From a virus (lineage: Duplodnaviria > Caudoviricetes): DNA of 64,000 bases. Shown piece after piece: positions 36,290-45,320 of the stretch (its first letter is position 1; each line of letters opens with the position of its first letter). The notes under the pieces were generated by a model. The model saw nothing but the letters and a program-made list of their open reading frames with translations, searched no databases and was not told where the DNA came from. The translations under genes were made by a program, and so were the position numbers. The stretch covers positions 288,001 through 352,000 of IMG/VR virus record IMGVR_UViG_3300009031_000221. One strand, given 5' to 3'.

Positions 36290-36750
36290 CCTGGGGCGTT
36301 GTTATTCCATGGAAACTTCATGATGGCACGAACGGCAAGGACTTCGGTTAGGGCGTGTTCTTGTGCGTGCTGGGCTACCTTTTCCCAGAACTCGGACTCA
36401 GGCACTGCCTCGTAGTCCTCAGGTTCATACGCTACCCACCATACGCCGGCGGCAAACAACTCATCTCGCGGCACGTCATGAAAGTGTATGGGAAGAGGGC
36501 AACTCAGCCCTTCATCTGTGTGCAGGAATTGTTCAGGGTGTTCCTTGACGTACTTGAAGTACGCTTTGTCGTCAAAGCCCCAATGGTGCAAATACATGCG
36601 GCTGTCTATGGTATTGACAAAGGATTGGTAGATACGGTGCCGTCCCGTTGGGTAATTAAGGCATCGTGTCAAGGCCTTCAGGTAATCCTGTTCGATCTTG
36701 CTGTCCTTGAGGGGAGGAGTTTCCGTGAGGTCATGGATAGCGCCCATCAC
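36247..36750 (-). CDS. Hypothetical protein, paralog of 35804
   Basis: L..P.GR..IY and shared C-terminus. Confidence 0.65.
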   Translation of the reverse strand: MMGAIHDLTETPPLKDSKIEQDYLKALTRCLNYPTGRHRIYQSFVNTIDSRMYLHHWGFDDKAYFKYVKEHPEQFLHTDEGLSCPLPIHFHDVPRDELFAAGVWWVAYEPEDYEAVPESEFWEKVAQHAQEHALTEVLAVRAIMKFPWNNNAPGCHPHPLVRKKATV

Positions 36751-37019
36751 TTCTCCTCTGGAGGGAATACCGGCATTTCAGTCCATGCCACGGCACGAAT
36801 CATGGCCAAGCAGTGCGAGTCTCGCGTATGCCACGTTCCGCCCTTATGGTGCTTGGCATTACGCCAGAACAGACCCTCGACAACCTTGATCGGTTCAATC
36901 AAGGTAGACATGGGATTGCCGCTATGTGCAATCAGGATAGGTGCCGAGAAGTCTTGGTATTCCGATACAACAGGAGGTGGGTTTGATGGCTTTCGCCAAG
37001 TGATAATGCTGTCCATCAT
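36747..37019 (-). CDS. Hypothetical protein
   Basis: ATGA coupling. Confidence 0.55.
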   Translation of the reverse strand: MMDSIITWRKPSNPPPVVSEYQDFSAPILIAHSGNPMSTLIEPIKVVEGLFWRNAKHHKGGTWHTRDSHCLAMIRAVAWTEMPVFPPEEK

Positions 37020-38182
37020 TTATCCCCTAACTTGCGGTCAATGGATTCGATGCCTGCGAGGGCGAGGGCGGCGATTTGAACCAACAATTTGCGAGTGGTT
37101 TTACTTGTGGGGGAGTAGCCGATTTCCCGAGTCCTGAGGTGAATGAACTCACCCCAGTCCTTGTGGAAATGCAAGTCATCGTGTTCCTTTCCGCCCCACT
37201 TCTCATTCTGACGACACCGTTCAAGGGCGATACCCAGCAATACATCGTAGTCCAATGGCTCAGGGACGACACACAACTTCGGGTCCAACTTCATTGGGGT
37301 GTACTTCTGTGGCTGAGGCTTTGTCATGGATAGTACCTCCTCGATGGCATGCAGATCCCTATTCAAGTCATGGAGGGAGGAAGGGGGCAATTGCTGCGCC
37401 AGGATCGCAATACGATTACACTCCCGATAGTGTTCCCGGCTTTGTGCAAATCCACATGAGCATGTTCCGTTATTCCAAGGGAGGCAGCATTGATTACAAT
37501 GATTTCCCATGAGAGCCGCTACGTAGTGCTGCTTGATTTCCGCCTTTGTTTCTTCTAGATGCGACCTAGGACATGCATCAAGTATTGCAAGGGCGTCAAT
37601 TTCCCCATCCAATTCATGAAGGACATGGGGCGGAAGAATTGCCGCGAGTTTCTCGACTAGACGATATTCATCGTAGCCGCATCCCTCAGCTTGAGGGGCG
37701 TCGTCATCCTCGGGGCACTCGCACTCAATATTCCTCCATGGCAGGCAACATCCATCACACAATTTCGCGGCCCTGGCGGCACGAACATAGGTGTGGATAT
37801 TTTCTTTGATCTTGGCGGCAGCAATGACACCAATGGTCAGGTTCTCCTTAGGCTTATCCCCATCGAAGTATGCCTGATCCTCGACCACTTCCAACTTGGG
37901 TTTATCCGCCCTCAAGTACTTCCGTAGCTGAAGCTCCGCCTGATCCTCAATGTTGTCCAATTCCGAATCCAACTCGCGTTCAGCACCATCAGGAAGGGTT
38001 GCTGCAAGCTCCTTAATGAATTCACACACACGGTCGCGGAAGTCATTGTTGTTCCCGCAGTTGCACAACAAGTCATACCAAGGATGGCAGCATTGGCAGC
38101 ACCAACCTGCTTCCTTGGCAAGGCGGACGTAGTTATGGATTTCCGTCATGGTTTCGCGGGTGCTCATGATATGTCCTTTCAT
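37016..38182 (-). CDS. Protein with three Cys-rich repeats and a possible MazG-like C-terminal domain
   Basis: C-x-x-C-C-x-P-W-x4-C-x-C x3; ER.RQ..KWG...LVQIAALA.A.IES.DR. Confidence 0.65.
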   Translation of the reverse strand: MKGHIMSTRETMTEIHNYVRLAKEAGWCCQCCHPWYDLLCNCGNNNDFRDRVCEFIKELAATLPDGAERELDSELDNIEDQAELQLRKYLRADKPKLEVVEDQAYFDGDKPKENLTIGVIAAAKIKENIHTYVRAARAAKLCDGCCLPWRNIECECPEDDDAPQAEGCGYDEYRLVEKLAAILPPHVLHELDGEIDALAILDACPRSHLEETKAEIKQHYVAALMGNHCNQCCLPWNNGTCSCGFAQSREHYRECNRIAILAQQLPPSSLHDLNRDLHAIEEVLSMTKPQPQKYTPMKLDPKLCVVPEPLDYDVLLGIALERCRQNEKWGGKEHDDLHFHKDWGEFIHLRTREIGYSPTSKTTRKLLVQIAALALAGIESIDRKLGDK

Positions 38183-38194
38183 TTGTGTTTCCTA

Positions 38195-38623
38195 TTAGGC
38201 TTGTGCAGGTTTGGCGATAGGGCCGAATGGCGACGTGAGGTCAAGCATGCCGGCAAGTGCGACGGGGACGAGCATATCGACCTCTGCCTTCATGTCATCG
38301 AGGCTCATTCCGAAGTTATCAGGGATTCCGATAATCTTGGCACGGAGGAGTTGCTGCTCATGGATAACCCTCCAGGCATTCAGAACCATTTGAACGAATC
38401 GCTCATCAGGGATAATCCCATCACCTTGCTTGGCGACCTCGATTTCACTATCCAACGTATGGGATGCATCATCGTAGGCTTTGTGAAGGAATTCCAAGTA
38501 GGGGTCCATGTAATCCTGGGCGAGCCCTAGTTTCATGACCTGAAGGTTCAACTCGAGGTTGTGCACTAGCCCGAATAGGAGCCGTTCGGAGGATTCTTGC
38601 GTGAATGGGATCGAGATCATCAT
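38195..38623 (-). CDS. Hypothetical protein
   Basis: RBS and codon pattern. Confidence 0.6.
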   Translation of the reverse strand: MMISIPFTQESSERLLFGLVHNLELNLQVMKLGLAQDYMDPYLEFLHKAYDDASHTLDSEIEVAKQGDGIIPDERFVQMVLNAWRVIHEQQLLRAKIIGIPDNFGMSLDDMKAEVDMLVPVALAGMLDLTSPFGPIAKPAQA

Positions 38624-38632
38624 TTCCTTCGG

Positions 38633-39025
38633 CTATGGCTTGAAGAATCCAGGGACGGGCTTGCGCTGGAGTGCCGGTGGTTCGCCAATCCACACTTCCA
38701 CCTTGCATATACCCGCAATGGGGCGTGAACAGTCCTGGATGATTTGAGCTACCTGATCAGGCGAGTAGGCGGCATAGCTTTGTTCCGGAAACCCACGCCC
38801 CTGGCCATCCCGCAGGTATACAGAACCTGGGGTGAACACATCTACACGGTAGATGTGCGGGGTATCACGGGGCAAACGGGCATCTACCAGCACGTCATGA
38901 GGGAATTCCTGGGTGTGTGCGTGATTGCCCTCGAACCACATGCACTTGACAATGGAATCCTTGATCTCCATGACGGTCATATTAGGCCCGCCCGAAGTCA
39001 AGCGAACGAGATCCAGTGTATTCAT
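38633..39025 (-). CDS. DUF2158 (YodC)-like N-terminal domain protein
   Basis: DLVRLTSGGPNMTV......C.WF......F....L. Confidence 0.7.
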   Translation of the reverse strand: MNTLDLVRLTSGGPNMTVMEIKDSIVKCMWFEGNHAHTQEFPHDVLVDARLPRDTPHIYRVDVFTPGSVYLRDGQGRGFPEQSYAAYSPDQVAQIIQDCSRPIAGICKVEVWIGEPPALQRKPVPGFFKP

Positions 39026-39384
39026 CGAGTTTTTGCCTCAGGCACAAGCCGAAATTTTGTCTTGTGGGAACACTTGACCTCAATACCCTCATACATTCCT
39101 GTGGGGAGAAATGGCGTAAGGATTTCGTAGACCTTTGCCTGGAAAGCGGGGAAGTCCATGACTTCTTCCCTAACACCTACGTTTACGATCAGTTCCCAGT
39201 TCTGGCCCTGTACACGCCTATATTCATTCAAGTCGGTTTGAATCCAATGCTTCAGGGTAACTCGTTGATGAGGGAATGCCTCCTTGAAAGCCACGTGGGC
39301 ATCCTGTGCATTACCTCCTTCGTCATTCTTACCCTGGAACCAAATCTCGGCTTCATAGCCATAGTTGTACTTGTCGGGTGTCAT
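39022..39384 (-). CDS. Hypothetical protein
   Basis: ATGA coupling. Confidence 0.6.
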   Translation of the reverse strand: MTPDKYNYGYEAEIWFQGKNDEGGNAQDAHVAFKEAFPHQRVTLKHWIQTDLNEYRRVQGQNWELIVNVGVREEVMDFPAFQAKVYEILTPFLPTGMYEGIEVKCSHKTKFRLVPEAKTR

Positions 39385-39393
39385 CGTGGACTC

Positions 39394-39861
39394 CTAGGCG
39401 CAAGGGCCATTGTGGCGGGTAAATGGGTTGGAACACTCGGTGATGGGTTCCGCCATGACGGTACGGATCTCTACCTTGAGCCCTACCTTTTCAAGGAATG
39501 ATACGTCCACAGTATCTTCCTGAGGGATGAGGTCAGTAACGTGCCACGGAAGGTTCTTCAGGCCCTCCCTGATCTTCTCCTGGGTTAGCCCCATGTAATC
39601 GTAGGTGTTGTATTGGCGTTCGTCATAGGAATGATTTCGCACGGACACAACACAGTAGGAGTAGCGAATCTGCTCCTCCAATGTCGTAACGGCACGGTTG
39701 AGCATCAGTAGCCGCGTATCGCATCCCGTAACCCACAGTTCCAAGTGATCAGGCTCGATGATAGGCTTGAAGTTAGTCTGCAAGGACTCTACAACGAGTG
39801 CCTCAATCTCTTGCTGGTTCTGTGTTGCCAGGTAAGCAACAACGTCTTCGCGAGTAATCAT
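39394..39861 (-). CDS. Diverged ribosomal protein bL12 (L7/L12)-like protein
   Basis: N-terminal ITREDVV.YL......I..LV and C-terminal GL..E......LP..V...I..ED....LEKVGLKVEI. Confidence 0.4.
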   Translation of the reverse strand: MITREDVVAYLATQNQQEIEALVVESLQTNFKPIIEPDHLELWVTGCDTRLLMLNRAVTTLEEQIRYSYCVVSVRNHSYDERQYNTYDYMGLTQEKIREGLKNLPWHVTDLIPQEDTVDVSFLEKVGLKVEIRTVMAEPITECSNPFTRHNGPCA

Positions 39862-39892
39862 GTTCGTTCTCCTGTGGCATTAGTATACCCGG

Positions 39893-40864
39893 CTAGTCCG
39901 GTTCATCATTACCCGAAAGGAAGTATCCTTCAGCCGATGGATCGATCTCGGGCATCTTCGCTTTGGGCGGTTCAGGTTGAGGGCCGTTGGTGTTCTCAAG
40001 GGTCTCTATCAGATCCTCGATATTGCCATTTATGACCGGGGGCGTGTACATGATTCGCACCTTGGAATCATACCGACTGGCGAGTACGGACACGAGGCCC
40101 ACGAAGTCCGAAATACTGGTGGGGTCGATGTTCGTGAACTCCTCATCCGATATGTCCGCATCGAACACTCCACTATCCTTCCATGTGAAGGTAGCGAAGC
40201 GCTTGCGGTTGTAATCAATCGTCATTCGGATGTATTCATCGGAAGTGCCGACGGTCAATGTACAATCCGGCTGAGGGTAGGTATTCTTCGGCAAGTACTT
40301 CATCAATTCCGTCGTGGTCTTGATAATGGAGTGTGCCATCGAGGGAGGGCACCCGTTATTGGACAGGAATGTGAAGGTTAGGTTAACGCCACTATCGGGG
40401 ACATAGGGGCGGAGGGTTTTGATATTGTTGATGGCGGCTTGGATAGGGTTCGGGTCAGGCTTGGGCTTGAACCGTACTTCAGGGATACGCTCTGTCCCTA
40501 GGAGACTAGCATTGAAGTGTGCGTTGCATACGGTGCAACGGATGTTCTGGCTACTGCCACCTTCCGGGCCATACTGCAGGGTGTCCCGTAGGCAATCAGG
40601 GCACTTATGGTAGACCAAGAGCCATAGCGTCATGTTGTCAGAATCTGACACGGGACGCTTACGGGAAAGGATGAACAGCTTCACCTTGGCAACCAACCAA
40701 GGCCAAAGGATCTGCCGAGCTAATTGGAATGTTGCCAATATTCCTACCGATAGGGCGAGTAATATGGCAGCCATGAAGGCCACCCAAAAGATATTCTTCC
40801 ACAGTTCTATCATGGTGCATTCCCCAAGTATGGCATTTGTCCTGTATATTTGCAGGTCTCGCAC
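39893..40864 (-). CDS. Membrane-anchored Zn-ribbon protein, DxxDxxG-array member
   Basis: TM helix, CPDC...RC.VC, DPTSISDFVGLVSVL. Confidence 0.65.
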   Translation of the reverse strand: MRDLQIYRTNAILGECTMIELWKNIFWVAFMAAILLALSVGILATFQLARQILWPWLVAKVKLFILSRKRPVSDSDNMTLWLLVYHKCPDCLRDTLQYGPEGGSSQNIRCTVCNAHFNASLLGTERIPEVRFKPKPDPNPIQAAINNIKTLRPYVPDSGVNLTFTFLSNNGCPPSMAHSIIKTTTELMKYLPKNTYPQPDCTLTVGTSDEYIRMTIDYNRKRFATFTWKDSGVFDADISDEEFTNIDPTSISDFVGLVSVLASRYDSKVRIMYTPPVINGNIEDLIETLENTNGPQPEPPKAKMPEIDPSAEGYFLSGNDEPD

Positions 40865-42051
40865 CCAATCAAGGAATCAGGGTCTTGTTTGGGATCCCTT
40901 CCTGTCCCACCGCAAACACGACAGTCAACCATAGGCGGGTACACCCGTCCATTGCCATCACAGGTCTCGCACTCCACGATACGACCCTTGGCAGTAATGA
41001 GCTTGACTCCTGTCCCTTGGCACTTGGTGCATTCGATTTGGGCAGATCCCTTGGCATTGTTTCTTGCCGCCATTGCCTTAGTCGTGTAGGTGTAATTCGG
41101 CCTATTAACAGGGGCAGGAATCGGCGCTTGGCTAGGGTTTTGGAGCGCCGCGATTTCCTCAAACGTCCTGACATAGGAAGGAGGATCGAAGTCCCTCGTC
41201 GGGTATTCATCTACCTCCCCATCATCTTCCTTCTCCGTAACCCCTGTGAGGGCGTAGAGGTAATCCTTAGGCCCCGTGTGCCCATCCAGGATGAAGGGAT
41301 CCAGGATAGCCCTAAGAAGTTGATGTGCTTGCTTATCCTCCGCGGACGGGGCAATACGGGTGATGTCCCCACAACTAAGGGCACGAGGAATGGAAGATGT
41401 CTTGTCATTTGGGTCAATGTGGATTCCATTGGCAGGCACTATCGTATATCCATCCCCCGTAAGGTGCAACATGTCCGATGTCACATCAATGTGATTGCCC
41501 GGGGAGAAGTGATAGGCCTTTCGTGTAGGTTGGTCAAAGAATGCGATCCGCTTATTGACAAAGCAACGGAAAGGCTTCTTGGCGATATTATCCGCGATTT
41601 GCCATACGGTTACGGCGATGGACAGCCACCCAAAGAAGTCCGTTGGATTCTCATTGTCGAGGGATTCCCGAATGATCTCGATGTTATTGGATGCGCCGTC
41701 TTGACGGTATGACAGGATGGCAAGGGTCGCATCCTTATGAAAGTCAAACCGAATCGTCAGCTTCGATGGCGTCGGCAACATGGCGGCAAGGGTGATGGGG
41801 AGGACAGCCCTATCAGGAAGCTCTGGTAGAGCGGGGCTTGGGATTCCCCACTTAGGGGAAGGCTTGGGGGCAATAGGGATCAGGACATTCCAATCGTTTT
41901 CCTTCAAGTCAATGCCATGGTGAGACACTGCCGTATCGATTGCCCCAATGACTTGCTGAGCCAAGATCGCAATGGCACCAATGGCAGTACCGTTCCTAGC
42001 AGGCGGGATAAGGAGTTCTAGTTTGTGGATGTGCGCCATAGGCAAGCTCAT
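40810..42051 (-). CDS. DxxDxxG-array member with C-terminal DnaJ-type Zn finger
   Basis: NENPTDFFGWLSIA; CxxCxGxG x3 plus CETCKYTG. Confidence 0.7.
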   Translation of the reverse strand: MSLPMAHIHKLELLIPPARNGTAIGAIAILAQQVIGAIDTAVSHHGIDLKENDWNVLIPIAPKPSPKWGIPSPALPELPDRAVLPITLAAMLPTPSKLTIRFDFHKDATLAILSYRQDGASNNIEIIRESLDNENPTDFFGWLSIAVTVWQIADNIAKKPFRCFVNKRIAFFDQPTRKAYHFSPGNHIDVTSDMLHLTGDGYTIVPANGIHIDPNDKTSSIPRALSCGDITRIAPSAEDKQAHQLLRAILDPFILDGHTGPKDYLYALTGVTEKEDDGEVDEYPTRDFDPPSYVRTFEEIAALQNPSQAPIPAPVNRPNYTYTTKAMAARNNAKGSAQIECTKCQGTGVKLITAKGRIVECETCDGNGRVYPPMVDCRVCGGTGRDPKQDPDSLIGCETCKYTGQMPYLGNAP

Positions 42052-42695
42052 AAGTTCAACCCCGCCATTGCCTTGTCAATGCAGTCTAGCGTGTTCAACC
42101 CCGCTAACGTGTCGTCAATGCGGTCTATCACGCTTCTTTTATCCTTTAGCGCACTTCTCTGATCTTGTTCAGTGAGTTGATCCGATAGCAACTCGATGCC
42201 CTTCCATGTGCTTTCGGACAGATTCATCATGCTATTCGCCAGTTCCTCGATCCGTCCATTATCTGCATAGGCACCAAGGATTTGCTTGGCTATGTCGATA
42301 CAACGGGCTTTCTTATCCCTGATGGCCTTCCTTGCAGGCATTTCATTCAGTGCCGCAATAACGATAGAAGCCCATCCAGCAACATCGTTCTCGTCATAGG
42401 GGCAAAGGTCATCGTAATGGGTTTCCGTTTGCATATCCTTGATGCATCCGTTGAACAACAGCGGGGTATGTGAGTTCATGGTCATGGTGGCGGGACCACA
42501 AACGATTTCGAATACTATGCATCCCTGAGGAACTTGCGGCCCCGCATAGAAAGTACCCCAATCGTATCCATCAGGGAGGAATGTATCCAGGGAACCTGCC
42601 AGCTTTCGGGCAGACTCCTCAAGCACTTCGGATCTTTGGAATCTCGATTCATGGTGCAACTTGATGGCATGATCGACGGCGTCTAGCAGTTTCAT
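42048..42695 (-). CDS. DxxDxxG-array member
   Basis: DENDVAGWASIV. Confidence 0.7.
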   Translation of the reverse strand: MKLLDAVDHAIKLHHESRFQRSEVLEESARKLAGSLDTFLPDGYDWGTFYAGPQVPQGCIVFEIVCGPATMTMNSHTPLLFNGCIKDMQTETHYDDLCPYDENDVAGWASIVIAALNEMPARKAIRDKKARCIDIAKQILGAYADNGRIEELANSMMNLSESTWKGIELLSDQLTEQDQRSALKDKRSVIDRIDDTLAGLNTLDCIDKAMAGLNL

Positions 42696-43171
42696 TATCC
42701 ATCTCCAAACAAGTCCATCAGGCTGAAATCGTCTAAGGTGCTATCTACCCGATCGACTTGTTTCTCGAGTCCTTTGACGGAAATATCAAGCTTATTTAGG
42801 GCTTCCTCCAGTTCCACATAATCGCGTACGTGTGCTATGACGATGGATACCCAACCCGCAAGGTCATTCGGGTCTGAGGGATCTAGATCGGGATATTGCA
42901 CACCGCCAGCATGACCTGTGAATGTGACATTCCCCTTATCCCAATGCATCCGAATTTGATACTCCGATATCAAGTCACATCCCCAACCATTGTAATCATC
43001 ATAGTAGATGCCCATAGTCCATTGAATTTCGGGGGTTTTGGATGCAATGATAGCTTCTACAACGACATTGACGGAATTGGCTAGAACCCCTCGAGGGGTA
43101 TGGGGCTCCGCGAAGGCACCTAATGACTCTGCCCACTTAGGTATTTCCGATGTAGAAATGAGTTGCGTCAT
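42695..43171 (-). CDS. DxxDxxG-array member
   Basis: DPNDLAGWVSIV. Confidence 0.7.
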   Translation of the reverse strand: MTQLISTSEIPKWAESLGAFAEPHTPRGVLANSVNVVVEAIIASKTPEIQWTMGIYYDDYNGWGCDLISEYQIRMHWDKGNVTFTGHAGGVQYPDLDPSDPNDLAGWVSIVIAHVRDYVELEEALNKLDISVKGLEKQVDRVDSTLDDFSLMDLFGDG

Positions 43172-43186
43172 CTATCCTCCACAGGT

Positions 43187-43213
43187 ACTACGCACTTCGA
43201 TCCAAAAGTTAGT
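43187..43213 (-). promoter_or_regulatory. Near-consensus promoter-like motif (ACTAACTT-N12-GCGTAGT)
   Basis: Same spacing, one mismatch in the upstream box, intergenic. Confidence 0.6.
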
Positions 43214-43694
43214 CTCCGTCGTCATCCTCCGGGACAAGAAGATAGCCACCTTTGGCAGCCAGCGGCTTGACATAGGTAGCGATTGTGGTCAGGACAACCG
43301 AAGTGAACCCTGCAATGTCATTCGGATCATTGGTATCGACGTGAAATGCTGTAGATTGTCGCGTTGGCGAAGAAGAGGACTCACACGTATGCAAACATAC
43401 GGTAATGTCCTTTGAGGACAGGGCGATGGGCACGACGATTTCAACAAGTAATTTGTAGGCTGGAATTGGGGTAATCCCATCAGGCATCCATATAAAGGGC
43501 TTGCCGAACCTCCCGAGAATCTTGACACGGGCATGAATCCCGGTGCCATGCGATAGGACTTCCCATTCGTCCCGGTAATTAATGTGCCTTAGAGGGGTTA
43601 GGAGGGCGGATGCGGACGTTGCTGCCTTGGACATAGCCCCGCCTGAGGCGGAGGCTACGGAGGAACACAGGCGAACGTATTCGGGGGCATTCAT
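43209..43694 (-). CDS. DxxDxxG-array member
   Basis: DPNDIAGFTSVV. Confidence 0.7.
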   Translation of the reverse strand: MNAPEYVRLCSSVASASGGAMSKAATSASALLTPLRHINYRDEWEVLSHGTGIHARVKILGRFGKPFIWMPDGITPIPAYKLLVEIVVPIALSSKDITVCLHTCESSSSPTRQSTAFHVDTNDPNDIAGFTSVVLTTIATYVKPLAAKGGYLLVPEDDDGD

Positions 43695-44200
43695 GGCGCA
43701 TTCATCAGGCTTGGATCACGCATGATGTTGAGCGTGTTGATGACAACGGACATGAACCCTGTCATATCCATAGAGTCCTCGGGGTCTAGGTCATTGAGAA
43801 TGATGTTGGGCTTCCTCCAGGCGCTCAACTGGTAGGTATCCATGTTGAGCTTGTCTGGGTGCAGGGGCTTGGCGAGATCCGCCCATATGAGGCAATGGAA
43901 TATGGATCTCCCTGTTGGCCAAATGAGGATCATGTACATTTGCGGGGCAAGGCTGGGGGCATAACAGATGGTGATTTCTGCCGCCAGTGCCTTTACTTGC
44001 CAATCTGCAACATTGTTCATGCAAAGGGGATCCGGCAATCGATCCATGAGATCCGTGAGGACGCGAATGATGTTCTTTCGTGCCGGATGACTTTCTCTGA
44101 ACCCCTCTAGGATCGAATCCAAGGCCTTCCCATTGTGTTCGACACATTGGGTAATGTAATCCATCGTTTCTTTGTCAGGATCCGGCAATTTCCAAGGCAT
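43691..44200 (-). CDS. DxxDxxG-array member
   Basis: DSMDMTGFMSVV. Confidence 0.7.
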   Translation of the reverse strand: MPWKLPDPDKETMDYITQCVEHNGKALDSILEGFRESHPARKNIIRVLTDLMDRLPDPLCMNNVADWQVKALAAEITICYAPSLAPQMYMILIWPTGRSIFHCLIWADLAKPLHPDKLNMDTYQLSAWRKPNIILNDLDPEDSMDMTGFMSVVINTLNIMRDPSLMNAP

Positions 44201-44203
44201 GAT

Positions 44204-44794
44204 TCACCGTACCTTGAATGCGTCTCGCAAACGCCCTTCAATGTCTTTCCACGGTACATTGCCGTCCGCCTTCCAATCGAATAGAGCAACTCGGGCATAT
44301 CCCCATGCCAAGTTGCGATCTCCCTTGGCCAAGTAGACCTGTGCGTGTGTCATACCTCTCAGGGTACGAACCAGATGATCCGGGGTAGGGATGTCGTGTA
44401 GGACATCTGCCATGACATCGCAAAGGATCGGCATGAAGTCTGTACGGCTCAAGTAGGTGCGGCGGTTGGAACAACCCCAGGTCGTGTACATGGATTTGGG
44501 ATCCAGGTCTGTCATGTCCATTTGATTAGGCCCAACCTTGATGATATGTTCGTCATCAAGTTCAACCTCCCAACAGATTGGCCCGCCGACTCCAAACCGA
44601 ATGGCGGCAATGAGATTTTCCGCCCAATGCAACCCGGCGCCGCCAACCTTCAGGTCTCCCACGTAGACATGTGAACCTCCTACGCTAGCAGGCGGTTGCT
44701 TCTTCCCGTCTACGGTCTGCAATGGGCAGTAGGGCAAGGGGAGATTGTTGTCATTGCTGAACCAGTATGCCTTCATGTTGCCCTCAAATCCCAT
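44204..44794 (-). CDS. Divergent MKAYWFS-family paralog
   Basis: MKAYWFS, GLHWAE, WEVELD. Confidence 0.65.
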   Translation of the reverse strand: MGFEGNMKAYWFSNDNNLPLPYCPLQTVDGKKQPPASVGGSHVYVGDLKVGGAGLHWAENLIAAIRFGVGGPICWEVELDDEHIIKVGPNQMDMTDLDPKSMYTTWGCSNRRTYLSRTDFMPILCDVMADVLHDIPTPDHLVRTLRGMTHAQVYLAKGDRNLAWGYARVALFDWKADGNVPWKDIEGRLRDAFKVR

Positions 44795-45078
44795 GCGGGG
44801 CCATACTCCATGGCCAGTTCCAAATCCAAGATATCCTCGAAAGCCTGTGCCTTTTCCTCAAGCGCTTTCAATTCATCTTGTGTTACCCGAGAATTCCCGT
44901 TAGCAAACTCCCCTTCAGCCTGCTGAAATTGGAGGCGGGCTTTCCGGGCATTCAGTGCCGCACGACAGATCCCAAATTCACTCATTAGAACTCCCGCTTC
45001 CACCACTTCTTGTTGGCGCATTGCTGCATAGCCTTGGTCAGGGCGTCGATGTGACCCAGGCCAGACAACCCGATGCAT
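44773..45078 (-). CDS. Hypothetical coiled-coil protein
   Basis: Likely start MSEFG. Confidence 0.5.
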   Translation of the reverse strand: MHRVVWPGSHRRPDQGYAAMRQQEVVEAGVLMSEFGICRAALNARKARLQFQQAEGEFANGNSRVTQDELKALEEKAQAFEDILDLELAMEYGPAWDLRAT

Positions 45079-45320
45079 CCACGGTAGACACGCCGCAGGG
45101 ACTGCTGGACAAGGACAAGATCTTTGACCGCCTCCCGTCCTAGGAGGCGCTTGGAATTCGGGGCACGTACCCCGATTGCGGACAGGATGTTGTGCGCTTT
45201 CGACAGGTACATGGCAGCATGCTCCCGGTTCCGCAGATTGATCTGCTCCTGGGCACTGGCGAATGCTGCCTTGGCATCCTTGGCACAGATCTTGATGATC
45301 TCATCCGATACGTTCAGCAT
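44985..45320 (-). CDS. Hypothetical helical protein
   Basis: Coupled run. Confidence 0.55.
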   Translation of the reverse strand: MLNVSDEIIKICAKDAKAAFASAQEQINLRNREHAAMYLSKAHNILSAIGVRAPNSKRLLGREAVKDLVLVQQSLRRVYRGCIGLSGLGHIDALTKAMQQCANKKWWKREF

